Below are positions 1 through 8,774 of a stretch of DNA of 64,000 nucleotides, one piece after another. The stretch is from Candidatus Nanoarchaeia archaeon. Lineage in GTDB: Archaea > Nanobdellota > Nanobdellia > Woesearchaeales > JACPBV01. Within the stretch, counting starts at the first letter, position 1. Every line of letters begins with the position of its first letter. Under the pieces are notes generated by a model that was not told the origin of the DNA, searched no databases, and was given only the letters and a program-made list of their open reading frames with translations. The DNA is taken from the NCBI GenBank assembly GCA_028279655.1, contig JANQNH010000008.1:5012-69011 (forward strand), given 5' to 3'. The position numbers were made by a program, and so were the translations under genes.

Positions 1-7
1 ACCGAAG

Positions 8-1720
8 ATGCCAAATAAAAAGAATAAGCAAAAAAAGGTTTTATCAAAACAAAGATTAATGAAAAATGGCAATCTATCCCAAGATAGCAATAAGACCAGC
101 AAATTAGATGCACTTAAGAACAGGATAGGGGGATCTGTTGAGAAAGAAGAATTTATTGTAAAAAAAGAGGTCAAATCTGAACAAACGGATAAGGATTCCA
201 GCAAGGTAAAAGAGATCGACAGATATACTGTCGAGGCTGAGGGTGTTAAGGTAGATGTTAATATTATTGGCAAAAAAGGGATGACCAAGACATATAAAGT
301 AATTGTCCCGGAATTGAGCAAACCTACATTAGCCCTGGTAGATGAGATAAAACATCAACTGATAGCAGAGGTCAAGGTCAGTGCTGCTGAGATATTGGAT
401 CCTAAGATCATGAACAAACTGAAACAAAAATTCAGAGATAAATCAGGAGAGTTACTACAAGAGAAGCTGCCCACTATAACCGAGGAAACAAAAGACTTTC
501 TGACCGGGATTCTGCTGCATGATATGCTTGGATTTGGGGATATTGAGTTTCTTTTGAATGATGGAGAACTTGAGGAAATCGTGGTGAATTCTGCAAGCGA
601 GCCTGTCAGAGTCTACCATAAGAGGTTCGGATGGCTTATCACTGATATTACCATTGAAACTGAAGACCAGATACAGAATTTTTGCAACATGATCGCTAGA
701 AGGGTTGGAAGACAGATAACTGTTCTAAATCCATTACTAGATGCACACCTTGTTACAGGAGACAGAGCGAATGCTGTATTCTATCCAATCTCAAACAAAG
801 GGAATACAATAACAATAAGGAAGTTTGCTAGGGACCCCTGGACAGTCACTGATTTTATCTCAAACAAAACTTCGGACTCAAACATATTCTCATTGATATG
901 GCTTGCCATACAATTTGAGATGAATGTTTTGATAAGTGGAGGTACGGGTTCTGGAAAGACCTCCTTTTTGAATGTATGCACCCCCTTCATCCCCCCGAAC
1001 CACAGACTCATCAGCCTGGAGGATACCAGGGAACTTCAGCTCCCAAAATTCCTCTATTGGTGCCCCCTTACAACCAGGCAGCCAAATCCAGAAGGCAAGG
1101 GGGAAGTAAATATGCTTGATCTTCTTGTAAATTCTCTGAGGATGAGGCCTGATCGAATAATCCTTGGTGAAATGAGGAGAAAGAAGGAAGCAGAGGTATT
1201 GTTTGAGGCTATGCATACCGGACACAGCGTCTATGCCACTGTCCATGCTGATTCCATAAACGAGACTATCCAAAGGCTAGTCAACCCCCCAATAGAGGTT
1301 CCTGCAAACCTTTTGGGAGCGGTAAACCTAAATGTTGTGATGTTCAGGGACAGGAGAAGGGGGCTAAGAAGGACTTATCAGCTGGGGGAGTTTGTCACCT
1401 CTGAGGAATCTGGTAAGATAACAGTCAAGCCAAATATACTATACAGATGGAAGCCATCTACTGATACAATGGTCCAACATTCTCCTTCAATGAGGCTATT
1501 TGAAGACCTGAGCAGACATACAGGCTTAAGCCATAACGAGATATTAAAAGAGCTTAAGATAAAAAAGAGCATACTTGATTATCTTGTAAAGAATAAAATG
1601 AGAACCCTGAATGAGGTTGGAGCAGTTATGAATAAATATTACCTGGATCCTGACTTTGTAGTAGAAAGGATTAATAAGAACTCAAAGCCTGAACAGTTAT
1701 TGGAAGGCTCAAGATTGTGA
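8..1720 (+). CDS. Type IV pilus/archaellum-family assembly ATPase (CpaF/VirB11/FlaI-like)
   Basis: Walker A GGTGSGKT, Asp box LEDTREL, LRMRPDRIILGEMR, His box MHTGH..ATVH; followed by two TadC-like genes. Confidence 0.93.
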   Translation: MPNKKNKQKKVLSKQRLMKNGNLSQDSNKTSKLDALKNRIGGSVEKEEFIVKKEVKSEQTDKDSSKVKEIDRYTVEAEGVKVDVNIIGKKGMTKTYKVIVPELSKPTLALVDEIKHQLIAEVKVSAAEILDPKIMNKLKQKFRDKSGELLQEKLPTITEETKDFLTGILLHDMLGFGDIEFLLNDGELEEIVVNSASEPVRVYHKRFGWLITDITIETEDQIQNFCNMIARRVGRQITVLNPLLDAHLVTGDRANAVFYPISNKGNTITIRKFARDPWTVTDFISNKTSDSNIFSLIWLAIQFEMNVLISGGTGSGKTSFLNVCTPFIPPNHRLISLEDTRELQLPKFLYWCPLTTRQPNPEGKGEVNMLDLLVNSLRMRPDRIILGEMRRKKEAEVLFEAMHTGHSVYATVHADSINETIQRLVNPPIEVPANLLGAVNLNVVMFRDRRRGLRRTYQLGEFVTSEESGKITVKPNILYRWKPSTDTMVQHSPSMRLFEDLSRHTGLSHNEILKELKIKKSILDYLVKNKMRTLNEVGAVMNKYYLDPDFVVERINKNSKPEQLLEGSRL

Positions 1721-2616
1721 TTTTTATGTTTAAAATACCCTATTCCTTGTTGCCCATGAATGTTTTGAGAGATGCATCATCAGCTTTTATGGGTACAGGG
1801 GAAGTGCTTCAGGATTTGTTCCCTTTCTTAAGATTGTACCTGAAGCAGGCAGAATCTGACCTCTCGGTTAAGGAATACCTAAGTATGTGCTTTTTGTCCT
1901 GCTTATTGTTCTTTGGTTTTTTCAGTATCTTCTTTATTTTGATCTTGAGTTCTGTAGGTATCGACAATCCTTTTTTGTTTGGCCTGGTAATATCGTTAGT
2001 CGTTGTTTTTTTTGTTTTTTTTCAACAGCTATTCTATCCAAAGGTATATGCGCATAGAAGGATACGTAGCATAGAGAAAAACCTGCTGTCTGTCCTACAG
2101 AATGTATTAATTGAGCTTAATTCAGGGGTTCCTCTATTTGACATCCTAGTTAACATATCTCAAGGAGAGTATGGAGAGGTATCCAAGGAGTTTACTAAAG
2201 TTGTTAGAGAGATAAATGCCGGAAGACCTCAGATAGATGCACTAGAGGATATGGCTGCTGTGAACCCTTCCCTGTTCTTCAGAAGGGCTGTTTGGCAGCT
2301 TGTGAATGGTATGAAATCAGGCGCTAATATGTCCAATGTCGTTAATGAGATAATCAACTCCCTATCTGAGGAGCAGGTCCTGCAGATACAGAAGTATGGG
2401 GGACAGCTTAATCCATTGGCGATGTTCTATATGCTTGTAGTGGTCATAGCTCCATCCCTGGGTATGACCTTTCTTATAATACTATCTTCATTTATCTCAT
2501 TGTCTAACTTCGCAACAAAAATGATATTCTGGAGCCTTTATGGAATTGTGATTTTTTTCCAGATGATGTTTATGGGTATAATAAAAAGCAGAAGACCGAA
2601 TCTGCTGAGAGACTAA
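1717..2616 (+). CDS. Type II secretion system F-family (TadB/TadC-like) platform membrane protein
   Basis: Multi-pass TM pattern, ELNSGVP..YGEVSKEF...EINAG motif, overlaps ATPase stop. Confidence 0.88.
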   Translation: MIFMFKIPYSLLPMNVLRDASSAFMGTGEVLQDLFPFLRLYLKQAESDLSVKEYLSMCFLSCLLFFGFFSIFFILILSSVGIDNPFLFGLVISLVVVFFVFFQQLFYPKVYAHRRIRSIEKNLLSVLQNVLIELNSGVPLFDILVNISQGEYGEVSKEFTKVVREINAGRPQIDALEDMAAVNPSLFFRRAVWQLVNGMKSGANMSNVVNEIINSLSEEQVLQIQKYGGQLNPLAMFYMLVVVIAPSLGMTFLIILSSFISLSNFATKMIFWSLYGIVIFFQMMFMGIIKSRRPNLLRD

Positions 2617-2617
2617 A

Positions 2618-3589
2618 ATGTATAGATTTTTAGCAAGGGCTTATCCAAAAAAGATAAGAAAGGATTATGTGGAGCTATTGAAATACTCAGGAGTTAGGAT
2701 AGAAGCTGAGAAATTCGTCGGATTTATGCTTGTTTTTGACTTTCTCCTTTCTGTGGCATTGTCTTTTTATCTTGGTGCATTCTTTGACTTATCTGTCTTA
2801 CTGTCCTTCATCGGGATATTCTTCATTATCCAGATCCTGATCTATTTTATCCTTGTGTTGAGAGCTGATGCAAAAGCAAGATTTGTAGAGGACATACTTC
2901 CGGATGTATTGCAGTTGATGTCTTCCAACCTTAGGGCAGGATTGACCACAGACAAGGCATTATTGCTCTCTGCAAGGCCTGAGTTCGGGCCATTTCAGGA
3001 CGAGATAAATAATGTTGGTAAGGAGATTACAATGGGCAAGAATATCAGCGAGGCATTAGTGGATATGACCAAACAGATAAAAAGTGAGCGTTTGAGCAAA
3101 ACCATGACCCTCATAGTATCGGGATTGAGGTCAGGAGGAGAACTTGCTTCGTTACTTGACCAGACAGCAAGGAACCTAAGACAGGAAAAATTAGTTGACA
3201 GCAGGATAAGGGCCAATGTCATGATGTATGTTATATTTATCTTCGTAGCTGTGTGTTTTGGTGCCCCGCTATTATTTGGATTGAGCTCTTTTTTGGTAGA
3301 GGTTCTTACGGAGAACCTAGCCTCTATAGAAATGCCTGAAACGCAGATGGGTGATATGCCCATAAACTTTTCAGAGGTCAGTATCACTGTCAATTTTGTG
3401 ATAATGTTCTCTATAGTTTTCTTGGTAACCTCCTCTATTTTGGGATCTTTGATCCTGGGTTTGATATCCAAAGGAAGAGAAAGAGAAGGAATAAAGTTCA
3501 TGCCTGCACTGATAGGTCTGAGCCTTGGTATGTTCTTCCTGGTAAGATTTACAATAAAGACTTTATTGGGCGGACTTTTTGGGTTTTAA
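2618..3589 (+). CDS. Second T2SS F-family (TadC-like) membrane protein
   Basis: LPDVLQLMSSNLRAG, ARPEFGP, SGGELASLL motifs; operon context. Confidence 0.9.
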   Translation: MYRFLARAYPKKIRKDYVELLKYSGVRIEAEKFVGFMLVFDFLLSVALSFYLGAFFDLSVLLSFIGIFFIIQILIYFILVLRADAKARFVEDILPDVLQLMSSNLRAGLTTDKALLLSARPEFGPFQDEINNVGKEITMGKNISEALVDMTKQIKSERLSKTMTLIVSGLRSGGELASLLDQTARNLRQEKLVDSRIRANVMMYVIFIFVAVCFGAPLLFGLSSFLVEVLTENLASIEMPETQMGDMPINFSEVSITVNFVIMFSIVFLVTSSILGSLILGLISKGREREGIKFMPALIGLSLGMFFLVRFTIKTLLGGLFGF

Positions 3590-4029
3590 CGGTTCTTCTT
3601 TGATTTTCTCTTCATAACCCTTGCAATCTCTTTTGCCTGTTTTTCAAAACCAAACTCTTTTCCCATGGTAAATATCTGATAGGCTGTTACCACAAATATG
3701 AGGAAAGCCAGTGTTATGAACAGATAGCTTGGATAAAGCATAAACTCGTTAAGGGTTTCTCTCCAACCCAACAGTTTCGAAAGGGTGTGCCATACTGCAA
3801 ACAATAATATAAAGATGAGGCAAAACAAGAAGTGGGTGGTATGTTTTTTAAGGGCAGAACCTCCTGATAGAGAAGTTATAGCCATGGAGGTCCATAATAT
3901 GGCCAGCAGCCCAAAAGATATTGTGATAAATCCTATCGCTATCTCTGTATCATCAACTATCCTAAATATGGCCAGCAGGCCTCCAACAATCGCCAGAAGA
4001 CCAATTATTGTGCCTAAACCTCTTTTCAT
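3586..4029 (-). CDS. Uncharacterised integral membrane protein (4-5 TM)
   Basis: 147-aa hydrophobic ORF preceded by SD GAGGTG. Confidence 0.7.
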   Translation of the reverse strand: MKRGLGTIIGLLAIVGGLLAIFRIVDDTEIAIGFITISFGLLAILWTSMAITSLSGGSALKKHTTHFLFCLIFILLFAVWHTLSKLLGWRETLNEFMLYPSYLFITLAFLIFVVTAYQIFTMGKEFGFEKQAKEIARVMKRKSKKNR

Positions 4030-4044
4030 TTTACACCTCTTTTT

Positions 4045-4605
4045 TTAAAAATTTAATGTCCCATCACAGATCTGCATGAGTTCATTTATCAATTCTTCAT
4101 CCTTGTCCTTCCTTAGTGAAACGATTATTCCTTTGACTTTCCATACCCTCATCTTTCCGGTCAAGAAATGGATAAACCTGGCAACTGTAGATATATCATT
4201 ATAAACCAATAGGGTTGAAAGTGAATCGAAAAAAACAAACCTGCTTTTTGAAGGCAGTGCTTTTACAGCCTGATCCATTGCAATCGAGATATCGCTTAGG
4301 TTATCCGGTGCTCCTATGAACAGACACTTATCGGTTTTTTCAGCATTTCCCCCTGCTGTCTTGGTAACTGCATCAATGAATATAATCATCCTTGAATCTA
4401 TCTTCTCTCTCTTAAAGGTGGCAGAAAGCGTTTCGAATGGTTTATTCAGGGTTACATAGACTCCAGGAATATTTTCATCCACAGTCAGATGCTTCAAAAT
4501 CTTCAGATTTATCCTGTTATAATTCTTAGCTTCAACACTAGCTATAGCTACGTATTGTTTTAGGTTTTTGAGCTTTGCTTTGAATTCCTTTTTTATCTCG
4601 GCCAT
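4045..4605 (-). CDS. KaiC/RecA-fold protein lacking a Walker A motif (probably inactive ATPase)
   Basis: GVYVTLNKP, IFIDAVT and FFDSLSTLLVYN motifs; no GxxGxGKT. Confidence 0.7.
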   Translation of the reverse strand: MAEIKKEFKAKLKNLKQYVAIASVEAKNYNRINLKILKHLTVDENIPGVYVTLNKPFETLSATFKREKIDSRMIIFIDAVTKTAGGNAEKTDKCLFIGAPDNLSDISIAMDQAVKALPSKSRFVFFDSLSTLLVYNDISTVARFIHFLTGKMRVWKVKGIIVSLRKDKDEELINELMQICDGTLNF

Positions 4606-4606
4606 T

Positions 4607-5089
4607 CTACCCGAAGATTATTGTCTGGTATTTTTTCGCCTTTGACAATAGCTGCTTCACGTTTTTTGCCAGATGAAGTATCTTCCTTTCCTCATTCAAC
4701 ATAGATTCGGACAATTTTTCTACTTCTACTATATTATTGACCAGTTTCGACCCCAGGGCTTTTACACTAGGATTTATCCTTAGCATAGACTGTCCTTCCT
4801 CTATCTGTTTTATATAGCCATCCAAGTACACAATGTTCTCCAGTAGTTCCTGCAATTTATGTTCAAAGTGCCTTATTGCCATCAGTTCTGCTTCTTCCTC
4901 TTTCTCAACCTTCTTGATCCTCTTAAAATCCTCTACCAAAAGCTTTCTTTCTTGTTCTGACAATTCGTGTAGCTTCTTAATCTCTGCTCCCAAGTCAAGA
5001 TGTTCGTGGTGTTGTCCAAGATCTATCACATGTCCTTTTCCTTTCTTAGATTTATTCTTAGATTTGATTGGTTTTTTTGCTTTAGCCAT
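4607..5089 (-). CDS. Coiled-coil hypothetical protein
   Basis: 160-aa charged helical ORF, co-oriented with the next two genes; SD GGAG and TATA upstream. Confidence 0.65.
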   Translation of the reverse strand: MAKAKKPIKSKNKSKKGKGHVIDLGQHHEHLDLGAEIKKLHELSEQERKLLVEDFKRIKKVEKEEEAELMAIRHFEHKLQELLENIVYLDGYIKQIEEGQSMLRINPSVKALGSKLVNNIVEVEKLSESMLNEERKILHLAKNVKQLLSKAKKYQTIIFG

Positions 5090-5140
5090 ACTCTAGTACT
5101 TGATTCAACTCCTATATAAATTTTTTGCATTAGTCTCAAT

Positions 5141-5307
5141 CGGCTCCGTTCAAAATCTAGCTACGCTAGGGTTAGCAGATTCAAAGTTCTCGATGTTAGT
5201 ATTTATAGCTGACATTCCCCGTAAGGGACCTCCCCCTTGTCAGCTACATCTAAATTATTTATAGAACTTTGACCTTGGGCTGCTAACCTACATTTTGAAC
5301 GGAACCG
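5141..5307. repeat. Long nested palindromic intergenic element
   Basis: Arms CGGCTCCGTTCAAAAT/ATTTTGAACGGAACCG, GGTTAGCAG/CTGCTAACC, TCAAAGTTCT/AGAACTTTGA, TAGCTGACA/TGTCAGCTA; apical CCCCGTAAGGG. Confidence 0.85.
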
Positions 5308-5359
5308 TTTCAATCATAAAGTTTATATACCAATTAGTAGGAGTAGGGTAATAGAAAGG

Positions 5360-6085
5360 GTGATTGGAATGACTAAAAAAATGAAAACATACATTGCTGG
5401 TCTAGATGAAATATTGAAGGGAGGATTTCGAGAAGGAACCTCTGCGCTGCTTACGGGCCCTCCGGGAACTGGAAAGACGATACTGGGTATCCAGTTCATC
5501 TATGAAGGGGCTAAGAAAGGGGAAGCAGGGATATATATAACCTCCGAGGAGACCGTAGAGGATATCAGGGAGTATGCAGAAGCCCTGGGCATGGACCTCA
5601 GGGAGTATGAGAAAAAAGGGATTGTAACCTTGATCAAACAGACCATCTCTGCCAAGAAATTGATGAGTATAGCAGCCCCATTAAGCATAATACAATCTAA
5701 GAAGGTTAAGAGGGTTGTTCTTGACAGTATCACCCTATTTGAATATGTGCATGTTTCTGGGGAGATGGATTACAGGAAAGAGGTCTTGGATTTTGTCCTT
5801 AAGATGAAGGAATCAAAGGTGAATCTGATTGCAATGTCTGAGAAATCCATATCTTCTATCGATGATATTAATTATGAACCAGAGGATTTCCTGTTTGATG
5901 GTGTGATAATTTTACTGAAAGTAAGAAAGGGTTCCTCTTTTGAGCATTGCATCATGGTCGAGAAGATGAGGGGGCAGGATCACCTAATAGACATATTCCC
6001 CTTCACCATTGGAAAAGGGGGTCTAAAGATATTTCCAAAGGAGCTTCCATTTTCACTCATAGAAAAGGATTCAAAGAAGTTTTAG
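5360..6085 (+). CDS. KaiC-like/RAD55-family ATPase (single domain)
   Basis: GLDEILKGG, GPPGTGKT, ITSEE, VLDS and EKMRG motifs. Confidence 0.9.
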   Translation: MIGMTKKMKTYIAGLDEILKGGFREGTSALLTGPPGTGKTILGIQFIYEGAKKGEAGIYITSEETVEDIREYAEALGMDLREYEKKGIVTLIKQTISAKKLMSIAAPLSIIQSKKVKRVVLDSITLFEYVHVSGEMDYRKEVLDFVLKMKESKVNLIAMSEKSISSIDDINYEPEDFLFDGVIILLKVRKGSSFEHCIMVEKMRGQDHLIDIFPFTIGKGGLKIFPKELPFSLIEKDSKKF

Positions 6086-6092
6086 AATTAAA

Positions 6093-6788
6093 ATGGTGAT
6101 AAAAAGAGTATCTACAGGAATTGCTGGACTTGATCCCCTTATATCCGGCGGCTTCAAGGCCAATAGCGTTAATCTGGTAGGGGGCGGTGCTGGTAGCGGG
6201 AAAAGCATATTTGCCACACAGTTTATAGTCGAAGGCCTAAAGAAGAATGAGCCTGGTATATACATAACCTTTGAAGAGAAAAAAGAGAAAGTATATGAGG
6301 ATATGCTTCAGTTTGGGTGGGATCTTAAGAAATATGAAGATAAAGGAATATTCGTTTTTTTGGAATATAGCCCTGAACAGGTGAAGAAAATCCTGACAGA
6401 AGGTGGGGGGATAGTCGAGTCTATAATAGAGAAGATCAAGGCTAAAAGGCTGGTAATAGACTCCATAACCTCTTTCTCGCTTTTATATGAGGATGAACTA
6501 ACCAAGAAGGAGGCTGCCCTGGCATTATTCGAGCTGATAGACAAGTGGAACTGTACAGGGATATTAACATCCGAGGACGAATCGAGAGATTCACACACCA
6601 TAACCGCTGCAATGGAATTTGAGGTTGATGGTATAGTACTAATATATCATGTCAAGAAGAAGGGAGTGAGGCATAGGGCAATGGAGATCCTGAAGATGAG
6701 AGGTACCAAGATACCTGAGAAGACAATCTCAATGGAGATAACATCCAAAGGGATTAAGATAAATCCTAAGAAGATAATTGAGTTTTAG
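6093..6788 (+). CDS. KaiC-like/RAD55-family ATPase (single domain)
   Basis: STGIAGLD, GGAGSGKS, ITFEE, VIDS and LKMRGT motifs. Confidence 0.92.
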   Translation: MVIKRVSTGIAGLDPLISGGFKANSVNLVGGGAGSGKSIFATQFIVEGLKKNEPGIYITFEEKKEKVYEDMLQFGWDLKKYEDKGIFVFLEYSPEQVKKILTEGGGIVESIIEKIKAKRLVIDSITSFSLLYEDELTKKEAALALFELIDKWNCTGILTSEDESRDSHTITAAMEFEVDGIVLIYHVKKKGVRHRAMEILKMRGTKIPEKTISMEITSKGIKINPKKIIEF

Positions 6789-6893
6789 ATCTAGTAAAAA
6801 CCGATAAGAATATAAATAAGTTCTTTTAGAATCTTTAGATAGATATAGGGTGGTGGAATTATCCATTAACTCAATAATATAGAGGTGAAAACG

Positions 6894-7133
6894 ATGGGAT
6901 CAGTGGTATGTAAATGCGGAATAAAGAGAGAGACAGGTTATCTCTACTTTGTTGACAAGAAAGGCAATGCCGCAAGAGTCAACATGAAAAGACCTGGAAA
7001 GAAATATAAGAAAAAGGTAGAGACTATGCACAAGTGCGGCATTAAGAGAGAAGCAGGATACTTATATTATATTGACAAGAAAGGTAATGTAAGTTCTGCA
7101 AAGATGAAGAGAGGAAGAAAGAAAAAGAAGTGA
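6894..7133 (+). CDS. Small basic protein with internal duplication, probable chromatin protein (CC1-like)
   Basis: Two copies of KCGIKRE.GYLY..DKKGN; Lys-rich; strong SD GAGGTGA and oligo-T terminator. Confidence 0.6.
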   Translation: MGSVVCKCGIKRETGYLYFVDKKGNAARVNMKRPGKKYKKKVETMHKCGIKREAGYLYYIDKKGNVSSAKMKRGRKKKK

Positions 7134-7167
7134 TTCTTTTTTCTTATTTTTTTCTTGAATTTTTATC

Positions 7168-7326
7168 ATGTCAAGAACCCCTGGTCAGAGATCAGTGGAA
7201 TGAAGCGAAGGATTCATCTCGAAGTTGAAGGACCAGTAGTTCTTGAGCATGCTCAGGAATTTTCTAAAATCCAAATAAGGTTGACTTTCAGTCACCAGTT
7301 TTAAACTGGTGGAAAATTCCTGACAT
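7168..7326. repeat. Double-hairpin palindromic element
   Basis: Ends ATGTCAAGAA...TTCCTGACAT with central palindrome TGAGCATGCTCA; each half folds on itself. Confidence 0.75.
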
Positions 7327-7368
7327 TTTATGGAAAGATTTATATAATTATTTTTGAAGTACCACCAT

Positions 7369-7593
7369 ATGTTAAATAAAGGGATAACATGGTACAAGGT
7401 GGTTCAGTTAGTAATCCTTTTATTTGCTATGTCTCTGATGCTTTCGAAGTATTATACATTCTTTAACAGAATTTTTTCAGTCTTTTATGAGACACATTTT
7501 TCGGTAATATCCGTGATTGTGGGATTATTTTCCATCTTTCATGGGTTATATATGTTTATGAAATCTTTTGGTAAGCAATATGAAAACACATGA
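7369..7593 (+). CDS. Small membrane protein (2 TM)
   Basis: Two hydrophobic stretches; start codon uncertain. Confidence 0.5.
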   Translation: MLNKGITWYKVVQLVILLFAMSLMLSKYYTFFNRIFSVFYETHFSVISVIVGLFSIFHGLYMFMKSFGKQYENT

Positions 7594-7789
7594 ACTAGTA
7601 GAGGCGGTGATAATAATCGCATGCGGGCTTATTCTGCTGAGCCCTGAGTTTAATACAATATTCCATGTCCCATTCTTATCATTCATGGAGGCTCTTCCTG
7701 AATGGTTGGTAAGCCATCTGGCTGTTGGTTTGCTTCCTATAATTGTTGTTTATTCTATCGATATAGTCCATAAGGGCAGGACAGATTGA
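7580..7789 (+). CDS. Small membrane protein (2 TM)
   Basis: Two hydrophobic stretches, overlaps upstream stop. Confidence 0.55.
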   Translation: MKTHELVEAVIIIACGLILLSPEFNTIFHVPFLSFMEALPEWLVSHLAVGLLPIIVVYSIDIVHKGRTD

Positions 7790-7839
7790 ATAAATTTAAA
7801 TATTAGTATGCCTTATCTGAGATATTGGGGTGAGATTCA

Positions 7840-8106
7840 ATGGCTGAAGAATCTGAGAATCCAGGTGAAGAGATAGGTAAGGTTACGCACTATTTTACCA
7901 ACATAGGCGTAGCTGTGATCAAGTTGAGTGGAGATTTGAAGGTTGGTGATAAGATAAAGGTGAAAGGAGCTACGAGTGATTTTACGCAGGATGTTGACTC
8001 CATGCAGATAGAGCATGACAAGATCGAAGAGGCAAAGGCAGGGCAGGATATCGGTATGAAGGTCAAGGATCATGCTCGAGAAGGAGATATAGTGTATAAG
8101 ATATAG
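7840..8106 (+). CDS. Small translation-factor-type beta-barrel protein (EF-Tu domain 2 / U32 C-terminal-like)
   Basis: IGKVTHYF..IGVAVI.L...LKVGD.I...G...AGQDIG pattern. Confidence 0.8.
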   Translation: MAEESENPGEEIGKVTHYFTNIGVAVIKLSGDLKVGDKIKVKGATSDFTQDVDSMQIEHDKIEEAKAGQDIGMKVKDHAREGDIVYKI

Positions 8107-8107
8107 A

Positions 8108-8773
8108 TCATTTACTTAGGATAATTGTTATTTCACCTTTGATGTTCTTGTTTTGTAGTTCTTGGTATAACTGTAAGGGAGTTCCCCTAATAAATTCTTC
8201 AAACTTCTTTGTTAGTTCTCTTGCGATGCAGACCTGTTTGTTTGGGAATATGTCTTGCATTGCTTTTATGGTTTTTAGTAACCTATAAGGGCTTTCATAA
8301 AGGATTGTTGTTTTTTGTTCTTGTTTTATCTTTTTGAATAGGTCCTTTTTTGCCTTTTCCTTTTTTGGTAGGAAGCCATAGAATTGGAACTCGTCTGTTG
8401 GGAAGCCTGATGCTATTAGGGCTGTAATGGATGCTGTAGGACCTGGAATAGGTATGATTTTTATGTTATCTTTTATTGCTTCTCTTATCAGATAGAATCC
8501 TGGATCAGATACCCCTGGAGTTCCAGAGTCTGAGACTAAAGAAATTTGTTTATCCTGTTTTAATTCCTGGATTATTGTAGGTGTCTTCTTTTCCTTGTTG
8601 TTGTCGTTGAATGATGTTAATTGCTTATTGGTTATTTTGTAGCGGTTTAGTAAGATAGAAGTTCTCCTTGTGTCTTCTGCCAGAATAAGATCTGAACGCT
8701 GTAGGGTTTCTATTGCCCTTAAGGTTATATCTTTGAGATTTCCTATTGGGGTTGAGATTATGTAGAGAGGCAT
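8108..8773 (-). CDS. rsmI: 16S rRNA (cytidine1402-2'-O)-methyltransferase
   Basis: LYIISTPIGNLKDITLRA, AEDTR, VSDSGTPGVSDPG, YESPYR, ARELTKKFEE. Confidence 0.93.
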   Translation of the reverse strand: MPLYIISTPIGNLKDITLRAIETLQRSDLILAEDTRRTSILLNRYKITNKQLTSFNDNNKEKKTPTIIQELKQDKQISLVSDSGTPGVSDPGFYLIREAIKDNIKIIPIPGPTASITALIASGFPTDEFQFYGFLPKKEKAKKDLFKKIKQEQKTTILYESPYRLLKTIKAMQDIFPNKQVCIARELTKKFEEFIRGTPLQLYQELQNKNIKGEITIILSK

Positions 8774-8774
8774 T

